Positions 51,028-60,460 of a DNA stretch of 64,000 bases are shown here, in pieces. A program made the translations under genes and the position numbers. Below the pieces are notes generated by a model. The model saw only the letters and a list, made by a program, of their open reading frames with translations. It made no database searches and was not told the origin of the DNA. Within the stretch, counting starts at the first letter, position 1, and each line of letters starts with the position of its first letter. The stretch is taken from the sequence record LC494302.1. One strand, written 5' to 3'.

Positions 51028-51065
51028 ACATTTTAAAGCATTTTAATAATCAAATTTTTCAGTTC

Positions 51066-51073
51066 TATAAATA
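51066..51073 (+). promoter_or_regulatory. Late promoter TATAAATA (MCP)
   Basis: Exact consensus. Confidence 0.85.
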
Positions 51074-51118
51074 ATATCATACTGAAAAACGAATATAACA
51101 TCTTTAAGGAGATATATA

Positions 51119-52294
51119 ATGTCACAACTACTAAATGAATCCAAATGGGTAGCAGTAAAAGAGAAACTAGTTGAAGGTCTACAGGGTACTCGTAAGTCTG
51201 TAATGGAAACTGTTCTTGATAACCATCGTAAAGTTATGCTAACTGAATCCGCAACTTCTGGTGCAACTACCGCTGGTAACATCGCTACTCTAAACAAAGT
51301 GATTCTACCAATTATGCGTCGTGTAATGCCAACCGTTATTGCTAACGAAATCATCGGTGTTCAACCTATGACTGGTCCAGTTGGTCAGATCCACACCCTA
51401 CGTGTACAATATGCTGATAACGCACCTGGTGTAATCGCTGGTGAAGAAATGCTTTCTCCATACAAAATCGCTAAATCTTACTCTGGTGATCTAAATGCGG
51501 ATAATAGCAACCCACAAGCTGCTCCTACTAGCCAACTAGAAGGTACTATGGGTCGTCGCGTTAACATCCGTATTCTACGTGAAACTGTTGAAGCGAAATC
51601 TCGTCGTCTATCTGCACGTTGGACTGTTGAATCTGCACAAGATGCTCAATCCCAACATGGTGTTGACGTTGAAGCAGAACTAATGGCTGCAATCGCTCAA
51701 GAAGTTACTGTAGAAATCGACCAAGAGCTACTAAGCCGTCTACGTGCACTACCTGGTGCTGCTGCTGTAACTTATGACCAATCTAAAGTTACTGGTGTTG
51801 CAACCTTCGTTGGTGATGAGCACGCTGCTCTAGCAACTCTAATTAACCGTCAAGCAAACGAAGTTGCTCGTCGTACTAAGCGTGGTGCTGCAAACTGGGC
51901 TGTTGTTTCCCCAACTGCACTAACCATTCTACAATCTGCTACTACTTCTAGCTTTGCACGTACCACTGAAGGTACTTTCGAAGCACCAACTAACGTTAAG
52001 TTTGTAGGTACTCTAAACAGCACTATGCGTATTTTCGTTGATACCTATGCTAGTGATGCAGAAGATATTCTAATTGGTTATAAAGGTAATGCGGAAACTG
52101 ATGCTGGTGTATTCTATTGCCCATACATCCCACTAATGGCTTCTGGTACTGTAATGGACCCTAACACTGGGGAACTCGTTACAACTTTTCTAACCAGATA
52201 TGGCTATGTACAGTTGACCGACAGTACTTCATCTCTTGGTAACGCTGCTGACTACTACAGCAAAATCGCTATCAAAAACGTTACTTTCATGTAA
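51119..52294 (+). CDS. Major capsid protein (T4 gp23-like, compact, 391 aa)
   Basis: IIGVQPMTGPVGQIHTLR, VEAKSRRLSARWTVESAQD, FYCPYIPL, FLTRYG. Confidence 0.95.
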   Translation: MSQLLNESKWVAVKEKLVEGLQGTRKSVMETVLDNHRKVMLTESATSGATTAGNIATLNKVILPIMRRVMPTVIANEIIGVQPMTGPVGQIHTLRVQYADNAPGVIAGEEMLSPYKIAKSYSGDLNADNSNPQAAPTSQLEGTMGRRVNIRILRETVEAKSRRLSARWTVESAQDAQSQHGVDVEAELMAAIAQEVTVEIDQELLSRLRALPGAAAVTYDQSKVTGVATFVGDEHAALATLINRQANEVARRTKRGAANWAVVSPTALTILQSATTSSFARTTEGTFEAPTNVKFVGTLNSTMRIFVDTYASDAEDILIGYKGNAETDAGVFYCPYIPLMASGTVMDPNTGELVTTFLTRYGYVQLTDSTSSLGNAADYYSKIAIKNVTFM

Positions 52295-52338
52295 TTGTAA
52301 TCGATTTAAAAGATTTAATCAAGAAATTAAAAACAATA

Positions 52339-52363
52339 GGGACTCTTCGGAGTCCCTTTTTTT
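52339..52363 (+). terminator. Intrinsic terminator with cUUCGg loop after MCP
   Basis: gggactc-ttcg-gagtccc-ttttttt. Confidence 0.93.
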
Positions 52364-52373
52364 ATTAAAAACA

Positions 52374-52402
52374 TTGACATGATGTTTTTGGTTATGTATA
52401 AT
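52374..52402 (+). promoter_or_regulatory. Consensus sigma70 promoter TTGACA-N17-TATAAT
   Basis: Perfect hexamers upstream of the endonuclease gene. Confidence 0.85.
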
Positions 52403-52434
52403 ACGCACATACACACAAACATAGAGACAGAATT

Positions 52435-53532
52435 ATGCCAAACGTAAGTATCAACAAAGACGAGTTTATCAACCAAATGACTGCTAAGTATGGAGAATTT
52501 GACTTCAGTACTTTAGTATTCAAGGCAAGTAAAACAACAGTAAAATGTAACAAGTGTGGGAAAGAAAACACCAAACCTGCACTTCGTCACATTGCATGTA
52601 CATGTGCATCATGTTATTCAAACATGTCACAGCGTTCAAACAACGACACATTCATCAGTACTGTAGAAACTAAATTTGGTAAAGATAAATTCAAATTTGA
52701 TAAACTAAATTACACTAACGCTATATCAAAAGTAACACTATTCTGCACTGATGAAGAACATAACGATTACTTTGAAATTACACCAAACAAATTTCTTTCT
52801 GGTAAGGGCTGTCCTGTATGTAATAAAAATGAAGCATACAGTACTGAATCATTCATCGCAAAAGTAAAAGAAAACTATGGCAATGCGTTTGAATTTCCAA
52901 ATACCAAATATGTTAACAATAAGACGGAAGTTACCGTATACTGTACACGCGGTAAACACGAATGGACTGTTTCAGCCCAAACTTTATTGAAGGGTAAAAC
53001 TGGCTGCGGTACATGTTCTGGTAAAGGTGGAAGAAGCACTGAACGTTTCATTGAACTTGTGTCGCCTATCCATAACCATAAGTATGATTATAGCTTGGTT
53101 GAATATACTTTAAGCGAGAATTATATTGATATTGTATGTCCGACTCATGGTGTCTTCTCCCAACAACCAAAAGCACATATGGCTGGTAAAGGATGTCCAT
53201 CATGTGGGGAATATGGATATCAACCATCAAAACCTGGATATTTCTATGTTCAAAAATTAACTAATAATGATAAGACGGTGTACAAATATGGAATTACAGG
53301 TGATATGAAACGCCGTGTCAATGAACAAAGCCGCAATTCTGAGTTCGAGCATGAAGTACTGGTAGAACGTTACTTTGAGGATGGCAATCAACCATTATTG
53401 TTGGAAAAGTTCATAAAGAAATACATTGAAAGTGGAGTAGTAAGTACTGAAGAGTTGCCGTCAGGATTTACTGAAACGTTTGATGAAAAGTATCTAAAAT
53501 CTGTACTGGAAATTGTAAATAACTTTAAGTAA
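52435..53532 (+). mobile_element. Free-standing putative homing endonuclease (repeated Cys/His DUF723-like modules plus C-terminal GIY-YIG-superfamily domain)
   Basis: Four repeats of the F.....Y....TKV...C..H..F...P...L.GKGCP.C type; C-terminal GYFYVQ...YKYGIT...RR...E..LE. Confidence 0.75.
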
Positions 53533-53555
53533 ACAATCTAAAGGAGTTGACACGG

Positions 53556-53906
53556 ATGTTAACTGTATACAAATTTAATAGAGAAGAGTACTTAAAGAGT
53601 CAGTACTCAAATATAGAAATAAATGTTCCTTATGGTACGTTAGTTGGATATGATGAAGCCACTGAAACATTGTATTATAATGATGATAGATTGGATTATA
53701 GTTTAGATTCTTTCATAGAAGATATACTTAATACACATACTGAAGATATGTTGTATGAAGAATACATCGATCATTATAGAGAACGTATGTCGGTGCTGCA
53801 TTCTGATGCTCCTGTGCTAAACATTGCACAAGAACCATCGGAATTTCAGCCACATAATCCTTTTCAACGTTTAATTGATATTGGTTTAAAATTCACTATT
53901 AGTTGA
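53556..53906 (+). CDS. Hypothetical protein
   Basis: AAGGAG RBS before the ATG at 53556; acidic, 116 aa. Confidence 0.6.
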   Translation: MLTVYKFNREEYLKSQYSNIEINVPYGTLVGYDEATETLYYNDDRLDYSLDSFIEDILNTHTEDMLYEEYIDHYRERMSVLHSDAPVLNIAQEPSEFQPHNPFQRLIDIGLKFTIS

Positions 53907-53927
53907 TAGATAAATATCTCCATATTA

Positions 53928-54254
53928 ATGATGGAGATTGAATCTATGTCACAGATATGTTATGTTATAATAAACTCTGCATGGCCTGACTATGTTAAGA
54001 TTGGTTTCACTTCTAAATCTGAAATGACAGAGCGTTTGAGAACGTATCAGACAGCTACCCCGTTTCGTGATTTTGAAGTTTATCATGAAGTTCACTTTGA
54101 AGACGCACGTTTAGCTGAAAAAGAGATACATAAAAGGCTTAAACAAATGAATGCAACTAGACAACCAAACACGGAGTGGTTTAAAATGTCTAAAAAGATA
54201 GCAGCAAACATCATTGATTCTGTGTGGGATGATATGGATAACGACTTGCTATAG
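53928..54254 (+). CDS. T5orf172/MUG113-like GIY-YIG-superfamily protein
   Basis: YVI...VKIGFT...ERLRTYQT..P...AEKEIH..L...EWF. Confidence 0.8.
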   Translation: MMEIESMSQICYVIINSAWPDYVKIGFTSKSEMTERLRTYQTATPFRDFEVYHEVHFEDARLAEKEIHKRLKQMNATRQPNTEWFKMSKKIAANIIDSVWDDMDNDLL

Positions 54255-54294
54255 GAATAAATATAGTATATATTAATCATAAAGGGATTTATAC

Positions 54295-55905
54295 ATGAGC
54301 ATAAGTTTTAATAACCCATTGGATACAATGACCAGTACTGGTGCTAATGGATCTTTAGAACTAATAGTGCTTGGTGGTACACCAACTAACCCAAGACCTA
54401 TTCGTTTTAATTCGTCATCAGTTATTATACCAGTACAAACGTTACCTACTGGTGAACAAGGTGCAATGGTTTTTGATCGAAACGAATTAGTTTTGAAGTA
54501 TCATAACGGTACAAGTTGGATTGCAGTATACGATACTGATACTATTTTGGAACCAATTAGAATTTCATTAGATGAAGTAAACAGAAAATTAAATTTAAAA
54601 GTAGAAAGTGTAACATACAGTAGTAGTACTGTTCCTAGTGCAAGTATTAGTGGAACAAACTTAAACATTGTATTCCCTACTGCTTCTAGTGGTGGTTCTG
54701 GTCCAACTGGTCTTTACACTTCACTTAAACCAGGTGCTATTACACAATATTCATTGACTTCTGGTCAATCTGTTGCTAGTATACGTGAACAAATGTCAGG
54801 ACAATCGAATGGACAAAGTGGGAGAAACGGTTCACAAGGTGCTCCGTGGAAAACGTCTGACGGTTGGTGTTTTGCTGATGGTATGTGGTGGCAATGGGAG
54901 GGGGAAAATGGTACAATTACCAAACAAGTACCAAACCTTAACCAAAACGCGTACTTAAAAGGGATATCCACATCAGGTGTAACTAAAACTGATAGTGTTA
55001 TTGGTAGTAGCGGTAATATTAGCGGCACAGTATTAAGTGTTGCCCAATTACCATCACACTCATTTAGTTTTAGTGGGACCACAGGGGCTGCTGGTCGTCA
55101 TGGTCATAGTCAAGCACTAAAAGGTATGGACCGTAGTGGTCTAAATGCGTTAACTTCAAGTAATGATAACGGTATACCAACTGTAATCAATAACATTAAC
55201 GAAGCACCAGACCACATTCACTCATTTAGTGGAAACACTAACACACTTGGTGGAAACCAACCACACTATCATGGTATTAGTAACATTGATGTGGAACACT
55301 TTAACGTTGCATATCTATATAACATTGCTGAATCTAACGTCGCATTGAGTGAAAAAGTTGCAAACACTCGTTATGTACTAAAAACTGGTGATACAATGAC
55401 TGGTTCATTGACTATTGCAAACAGTGCGTCAATTAAGTCAAATGATACATCATTAGTTCTATATTTCCGTAACGCAAGCGGTGGTGAGCGTGCGGCAGTG
55501 TATCATAACTCTTCAAATAATACATTGAGATTACGTTCCGGTGGAGCAGAAGTTACTGTAAACTCTTCTGGTACTTTAGCTGCTCCATCATTAACTGTTT
55601 CTAACAACTCAGCTACTGTTGGTGGTAAAAATATTGTTCGTTCAATTAACGGTACTGCTGCTGATGCTAGTGGCAACGTTACTTTGCAAATTAGTACTAA
55701 TAACGTACAAAGTATTCGTTTGAGTGCACGTATTGAAACAAGTAAAATACCTGATTCTTCATGGACATATACACCAGAAGGTGCATTTATGGATGGCGTA
55801 TGGATTTCTGTTAATGGTAGTTCAGGCACTCACTTAGAACGAATTAGTTATCGCTATGTTCAAATGCAAATAAATGGTAACTGGGAAACAGTACGTCAAC
55901 AATAA
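54295..55905 (+). CDS. Tail fibre with collar domain (short-fibre-like)
   Basis: DGWCFADG...VPNL collar pattern; His-rich HSFSFSG/HGHS/HIHSFSG/HYH repeats; RYVLKTGDTMTG; terminal RISYRYVQMQING.W. Confidence 0.8.
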   Translation: MSISFNNPLDTMTSTGANGSLELIVLGGTPTNPRPIRFNSSSVIIPVQTLPTGEQGAMVFDRNELVLKYHNGTSWIAVYDTDTILEPIRISLDEVNRKLNLKVESVTYSSSTVPSASISGTNLNIVFPTASSGGSGPTGLYTSLKPGAITQYSLTSGQSVASIREQMSGQSNGQSGRNGSQGAPWKTSDGWCFADGMWWQWEGENGTITKQVPNLNQNAYLKGISTSGVTKTDSVIGSSGNISGTVLSVAQLPSHSFSFSGTTGAAGRHGHSQALKGMDRSGLNALTSSNDNGIPTVINNINEAPDHIHSFSGNTNTLGGNQPHYHGISNIDVEHFNVAYLYNIAESNVALSEKVANTRYVLKTGDTMTGSLTIANSASIKSNDTSLVLYFRNASGGERAAVYHNSSNNTLRLRSGGAEVTVNSSGTLAAPSLTVSNNSATVGGKNIVRSINGTAADASGNVTLQISTNNVQSIRLSARIETSKIPDSSWTYTPEGAFMDGVWISVNGSSGTHLERISYRYVQMQINGNWETVRQQ

Positions 55906-55915
55906 GGAATGTGTA

Positions 55916-56431
55916 ATGCAACTAACAAATTTTAAGATGTATGAAAAAGAAGGTGGTAATCCTAATTCTTTGTATATGATGTCCGATGAAGGTATGGATT
56001 GGTATGAATCTCGTGAATTGTTTGACATTAATAAAGCAAAATTTATGTATGATATTAACGGTTTAATTGTTTCAGCATCATATAACATTTATGATCTAGT
56101 ACCTTTAGGTTTTAGTGTTTCTGAAATTGAATATGATGGTGATATTAACAAACTTTATGGTATGGTTTACGATGGAAATACTATTCATGACTATATTGAA
56201 ACTAAAGAAGAAAAAATTGAACGCCTAAAAAATGAATTATCTAATTTGAAATACATTGCAATTCAAGAACTTGGACACTTAAAAACTGCTATGGATCTTG
56301 AGTTAGCAACTGATGAAGAAGCTGTATTGTTTGTAAAATTGAAAGATTATGTAACGCAATTGAATTCAATCAAACCAGCAGACATGATCAAGAAAACATT
56401 TTCATTTCCAGTTAAACCGGAAAAAAAATGA
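55916..56431 (+). CDS. Tail fibre assembly chaperone
   Basis: SDEGMDWYESR...G.I...DLVPLG.SV.E and DLELATDEE, Tfa-like; directly after the fibre gene with an AAGGA RBS. Confidence 0.8.
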   Translation: MQLTNFKMYEKEGGNPNSLYMMSDEGMDWYESRELFDINKAKFMYDINGLIVSASYNIYDLVPLGFSVSEIEYDGDINKLYGMVYDGNTIHDYIETKEEKIERLKNELSNLKYIAIQELGHLKTAMDLELATDEEAVLFVKLKDYVTQLNSIKPADMIKKTFSFPVKPEKK

Positions 56432-56457
56432 GACAACACGTAAAGACGTGATACAAT
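56430..56457 (+). promoter_or_regulatory. Promoter GAGACA-N16-TACAAT with extended -10
   Basis: gagaca acacgtaaagacgTGa TACAAT. Confidence 0.7.
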
Positions 56458-56460
56458 TAA

Positions 56461-56496
56461 GTCATCTCACCGATTGTGGTGAGGTGACATTTTTTT
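56461..56496 (+). terminator. Terminator-like hairpin overlapping the predicted transcription start
   Basis: gtcatctcacc-gattgt-ggtgaggtgac-a-ttttttt. Confidence 0.75.
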
Positions 56497-56521
56497 GAAA
56501 ACACACATGGAGAAATACAAA

Positions 56522-56824
56522 ATGGCTAAATCTAAAAAAGAAGTTAAAGTTGAAATTCGTGATCTAAACGATGAACAACGTAAACGTCTCGGTGACGCAC
56601 TTAACAACATTGTTGTACAACTAACTTTCATTGATGATACCAAAGCATCCTTATCTGATTTTGTTTCTAGTGTTTCTGATGAACTTGGTATCGATGCATC
56701 TGATATCAAACAAGCTGCACAACGTATGTACAAAGGTGATTACTTTGACAAACAAAATAAACTCGATAATATCGAAACTATTCTTAGTGTTACTAATAAT
56801 CTTCCACAAGCAGATGATTACTAA
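56522..56824 (+). CDS. dsDNA-binding protein (T4 DsbA/GapR-like)
   Basis: 100 aa; ELGIDASDIKQAAQRMYK resembles T4 DsbA ELGVDGKMFNRLLALYHK; GGAG RBS. Confidence 0.65.
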   Translation: MAKSKKEVKVEIRDLNDEQRKRLGDALNNIVVQLTFIDDTKASLSDFVSSVSDELGIDASDIKQAAQRMYKGDYFDKQNKLDNIETILSVTNNLPQADDY

Positions 56825-56846
56825 TTAGTACTAAAATATATTAAAT

Positions 56847-56874
56847 AGCCTCCAATGACGGAGGCTTTCTTTTT
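56847..56874 (+). terminator. Intrinsic terminator
   Basis: agcctcc-aatgac-ggaggct-ttcttttt. Confidence 0.75.
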
Positions 56875-56903
56875 AACTTAATAAACGTAAGGGAATACAA
56901 ACG

Positions 56904-59900
56904 ATGTATATCGATGCTTATATGGAACGTAAACGTACTGGTGATATTCTTCATGTAGTTGAACGTAAGAATGGTAAACGTATTCTACGCGAATTAGATC
57001 CAGTATATGAATATTATGTTGAATCCCCACAAGGAACACATAAAACTGTTTATGGTACAATGGCTAAACATTTTGAGTTTCAAACTCAAGCTCAAATGAA
57101 TAAAAGTGTAGAGCAACACAAAAGTGAAGGTCTACGTATTTTTGAAAGTGATTGTAACATTACATTTAAAACATTAGCTAAAGAATATATGGGAAAAGGT
57201 TCACCCGATTTGAACATCGTGTTCTTCGATATCGAGACTGATTTCCATAAGAAATTTGGTTATGCTCCACCATCAGACCCGTTTAACCGAGTAACCGCTA
57301 TTTCTCTATATCAATCATGGACTGGAAAGGATTATGTACTTACTTTACCACCTGCTGATATGGAAATTTATGAAGCACAAGATATTGTTCGCCAACTAAA
57401 TGAAGAAACAAACGATCCTAACAGTACTGTAATTTTATATACAGACGAAAAGGAAATGTTTATGGAATTCTTTAGTTTAATTGATGATTCTGATGTTATT
57501 TCAGGATGGAATAGTGAATTCTTTGATATTCCATATATGATCAATCGAACTAAAAAAATCTTCAATGAAGCAACAACTGCTCGTTGGTGTTTATGGAATA
57601 AAAAACCAAATTCCCGTGAAGCAGACAACTTTGGTAAAACTGTTCAAACATATGACTTGGTAGGTCGCGTCCATCTTGATTATTTGGCTTTGTATAAGAA
57701 ACATGCTGGTCAAGTTGAACAATCTTATAAACTAGATTATATTGCTGAAAAAGTAACTAAAGAAAATAAAGTATCCTATGAAGGTTCATTGGATAAACTT
57801 TACAGAGAGGATTACATTACTTTCTTGCGTTATTCTAAACAGGATAGTATTCTTCTTAAAAAGATTGATGCTAAATGTGACTATATCAACCTACACAATC
57901 GACTTGCACACAAAGAATGTGTACTTATCAGTACAACAATGGGTTCAGTAGCACTAATCGACACTGCTATTATCAACTTAGCACATACTCGTGGTGAAGT
58001 TGTTTTCAACAAAGCACCGAAAGATGATCTTGAGTTTGATCCAGAAATGGAATATTATGGTGAAGATGGTGAAGAAGAAGATGAGAAAATTAGTGCAAAA
58101 GCAGCAGGTGCATGGGTACAAGATCCAGTACTAGGACTTGTAAGTGACCTTGGGTGTACTGACTTTAACTCTCTTTACCCTACTGTTCTACGTACTTTGG
58201 GTATGAGTACTGAATGTATTCTTGGTCAATTACGTCAAGATTACACCGATGCGTATCTTGCAGCTAAAATCCAAGAACAGAAGAACAAATCTAAATCTAA
58301 ATCATTTGAACCAGATTGGACTGCGGCATGGCATGGTTTATTTGCTGCTGTTGAATTTACAATGGTTCATGAAAAGTCAGAAGAAACATTGATTGTTGAT
58401 TTAGAAGATGGGAGTTCTTTTAAAGCAACGGGCAAAGAGCTATATGATATTATTTTTGCAGAAGATAGTACTATTGTACTTAGTGCAAACGGAACACTTT
58501 TTGATAAGTCTAAGTCTGGTGTAATTCCTGACATTCTAACTCAATGGTATTCTGAACGTAAAGCACAGCAAAAAATGGTCATTGACTACAAACATATGTA
58601 TACTGATGGTTGGGAGTTTAATGGTTATGAAAAAGTCGAACCACTACTATCAAACTATACCCCTGGTACAATGTTTAGAACTAATATTCATGATAATGAT
58701 CCTGTATACTTACTTCGTAAAGAAATTGGTAAAGGACAGTGGGATGAAGTTGCTAAGTTGATTGTAGAAAACGGATTAGTACTAAAAGATGGTCGTATTT
58801 TCTGTCCTAAAGAAGAAAAAGATTACTTCAAACAACGTAGTGCTTTCTGGAAACAGAACCAACAGATTCGTAAGATTCTTCTAAACAGTCTATATGGTGC
58901 ACTATTGAACAAAGGTTCTCGTTTTTTTGACAAACGTTTAGGTCAATCCGTAACATTAACTGGACGTTCTATGACCAAACATATGGCAAGTCGTATCAAT
59001 GAAATTACTACTGGTGTATATAACCACCAAGGTGGTTCAGTAATTTATGGTGATACTGACTCAGTTTACTTTAGTGTAACTCATTATCTGAAAGAACAAG
59101 GTATTCCATATAATCTATCTAAAGAAGAGATTGTTGATATGTATATTAAAATTGGTGAAGAAGTTGGTGAATCTTTCCCATCATTTATGCATGAGATGTT
59201 CAACACTGGTATTGAAAAAGGTAAGATTGTTGGTGCAGACCTTGAGATGGTTGGTTCGCGTGGCCTATTCTTGAAGAAAAAACGTTATGCAATTCTGAAG
59301 TACTGGGAAGATGGGTTCCGTAAAGATATTGATGGTAAACCAGGTGAAATCAAAGCGATGGGTCTTGAAATTAAACGCTCAGACACGCCAAAATACATCC
59401 AGAACTTCCTAGAAGAGACTCTAATCGCATTACTGGTAGGTGAGAGTGAACAACAGCTAAAACAGCGTGTACGTGAGTTTAAGGACGTATTTAAGGATAT
59501 GCCTGTACATGAAAAAGGTTCACCAAAAACTGTAAAAAACTACACTAATTTAGAGGCTGAATATCAGCTAACTGGTAAGTGTAAAGTTGGTCACGTTCTT
59601 GCTGGTATCCAATGGAACCGTCTACGTGAAGTTTATGATGATAAATCTGTTCCAGAAGTAACAGATGGAACAAAAGTAATTGTCTGTAACTTAAAAGATA
59701 ATCCTATGGGAATTAAAGCAGTTGGTTATCCAATTGACTGTGTTGAGTATCTTCCAGAATGGTTCTTGGAACTACCATTTGATACTGAAAAAATGGAAGA
59801 GATTGTTCTAACTAAAAAATTAGAGAATATTTTTGGTATTTTGGATATGGATATTGGTATTCATGAAAAAAGTACTGCGTCAGTAAACAATGGATTCTTC

Positions 59901-59909
59901 ACTTGGTAA
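56904..59909 (+). CDS. Family B DNA polymerase (gp43-like)
   Basis: Exo I FDIETD, Exo II GWNSEFFDIPY, motif A DFNSLYP, motif B KILLNSLYG, motif C YGDTDS. Confidence 0.97.
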   Translation: MYIDAYMERKRTGDILHVVERKNGKRILRELDPVYEYYVESPQGTHKTVYGTMAKHFEFQTQAQMNKSVEQHKSEGLRIFESDCNITFKTLAKEYMGKGSPDLNIVFFDIETDFHKKFGYAPPSDPFNRVTAISLYQSWTGKDYVLTLPPADMEIYEAQDIVRQLNEETNDPNSTVILYTDEKEMFMEFFSLIDDSDVISGWNSEFFDIPYMINRTKKIFNEATTARWCLWNKKPNSREADNFGKTVQTYDLVGRVHLDYLALYKKHAGQVEQSYKLDYIAEKVTKENKVSYEGSLDKLYREDYITFLRYSKQDSILLKKIDAKCDYINLHNRLAHKECVLISTTMGSVALIDTAIINLAHTRGEVVFNKAPKDDLEFDPEMEYYGEDGEEEDEKISAKAAGAWVQDPVLGLVSDLGCTDFNSLYPTVLRTLGMSTECILGQLRQDYTDAYLAAKIQEQKNKSKSKSFEPDWTAAWHGLFAAVEFTMVHEKSEETLIVDLEDGSSFKATGKELYDIIFAEDSTIVLSANGTLFDKSKSGVIPDILTQWYSERKAQQKMVIDYKHMYTDGWEFNGYEKVEPLLSNYTPGTMFRTNIHDNDPVYLLRKEIGKGQWDEVAKLIVENGLVLKDGRIFCPKEEKDYFKQRSAFWKQNQQIRKILLNSLYGALLNKGSRFFDKRLGQSVTLTGRSMTKHMASRINEITTGVYNHQGGSVIYGDTDSVYFSVTHYLKEQGIPYNLSKEEIVDMYIKIGEEVGESFPSFMHEMFNTGIEKGKIVGADLEMVGSRGLFLKKKRYAILKYWEDGFRKDIDGKPGEIKAMGLEIKRSDTPKYIQNFLEETLIALLVGESEQQLKQRVREFKDVFKDMPVHEKGSPKTVKNYTNLEAEYQLTGKCKVGHVLAGIQWNRLREVYDDKSVPEVTDGTKVIVCNLKDNPMGIKAVGYPIDCVEYLPEWFLELPFDTEKMEEIVLTKKLENIFGILDMDIGIHEKSTASVNNGFFTW

Positions 59910-59920
59910 GGAGTAATAAT

Positions 59921-60070
59921 ATGGTTATTGTAAATGAAATTGAACTAAACTATGACGAAGTAAACGATACTTTCACTAATGAGATGTTGAATCTTACTGA
60001 AGAAAGTGTAAATGAGGCATGGGAAAAATATGTAGAATGGACTTCATTACAAGGTAAAAATGATGAGTAA
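59921..60070 (+). CDS. Small acidic 49-aa protein (below ORF-track cutoff)
   Basis: AAGGAG RBS overlapping the polymerase stop; MVIVNEIELNYDEVNDTFTNEMLNLTEESVNEAWEKYVEWTSLQGKNDE. Confidence 0.7.
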   Translation: MVIVNEIELNYDEVNDTFTNEMLNLTEESVNEAWEKYVEWTSLQGKNDE

Positions 60071-60359
60071 TATATATAAGCGTATTGGTGAAGTATTAGA
60101 AGGTAATGGTATCATTAATTCTGTACTAGCATATGATAATGATGAAGAAGTAGTTCTAATTGGTGCGGGTTTTACTCGCACTGGTTCAGTGGAAGTTGAC
60201 GGAGAGATTGCTGATGTTTACACTCTTGTGAAAAAGCGTAAAGTTGTTTTTGTCGATGATGTACATACATTAAAAGACTTGAAAAAATTACGAGATAAAA
60301 TTGGCATGAGTTCTACAATTGATAAGCCTTATCTTCAACGTTGGAATACAAAATACTGA
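60063..60359 (+). CDS. Hypothetical protein
   Basis: About 98-aa ORF overlapping the preceding stop, with an AAGGT RBS. Confidence 0.65.
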   Translation: MSNIYKRIGEVLEGNGIINSVLAYDNDEEVVLIGAGFTRTGSVEVDGEIADVYTLVKKRKVVFVDDVHTLKDLKKLRDKIGMSSTIDKPYLQRWNTKY

Positions 60360-60368
60360 TAAAAAATT

Positions 60369-60396
60369 GAGACAAGCATCATTTTTGAGATATAAT
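60369..60396 (+). promoter_or_regulatory. Promoter GAGACA-N16-TATAAT
   Basis: gagaca agcatcatttttgaga TATAAT, upstream of the clamp-like gene. Confidence 0.7.
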
Positions 60397-60460
60397 GGTG
60401 CTTGTAGTAATCTTACATAAAAACATTTTTTGATTAACAAATAAAACGGAGAATTATATA

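Noticed and set aside
56904-59909. Intein or intron in the DNA polymerase
   Set aside because: The ORF is continuous, all motifs are present in order, and no splicing-junction residues or LAGLIDADG/HNH motifs were seen.
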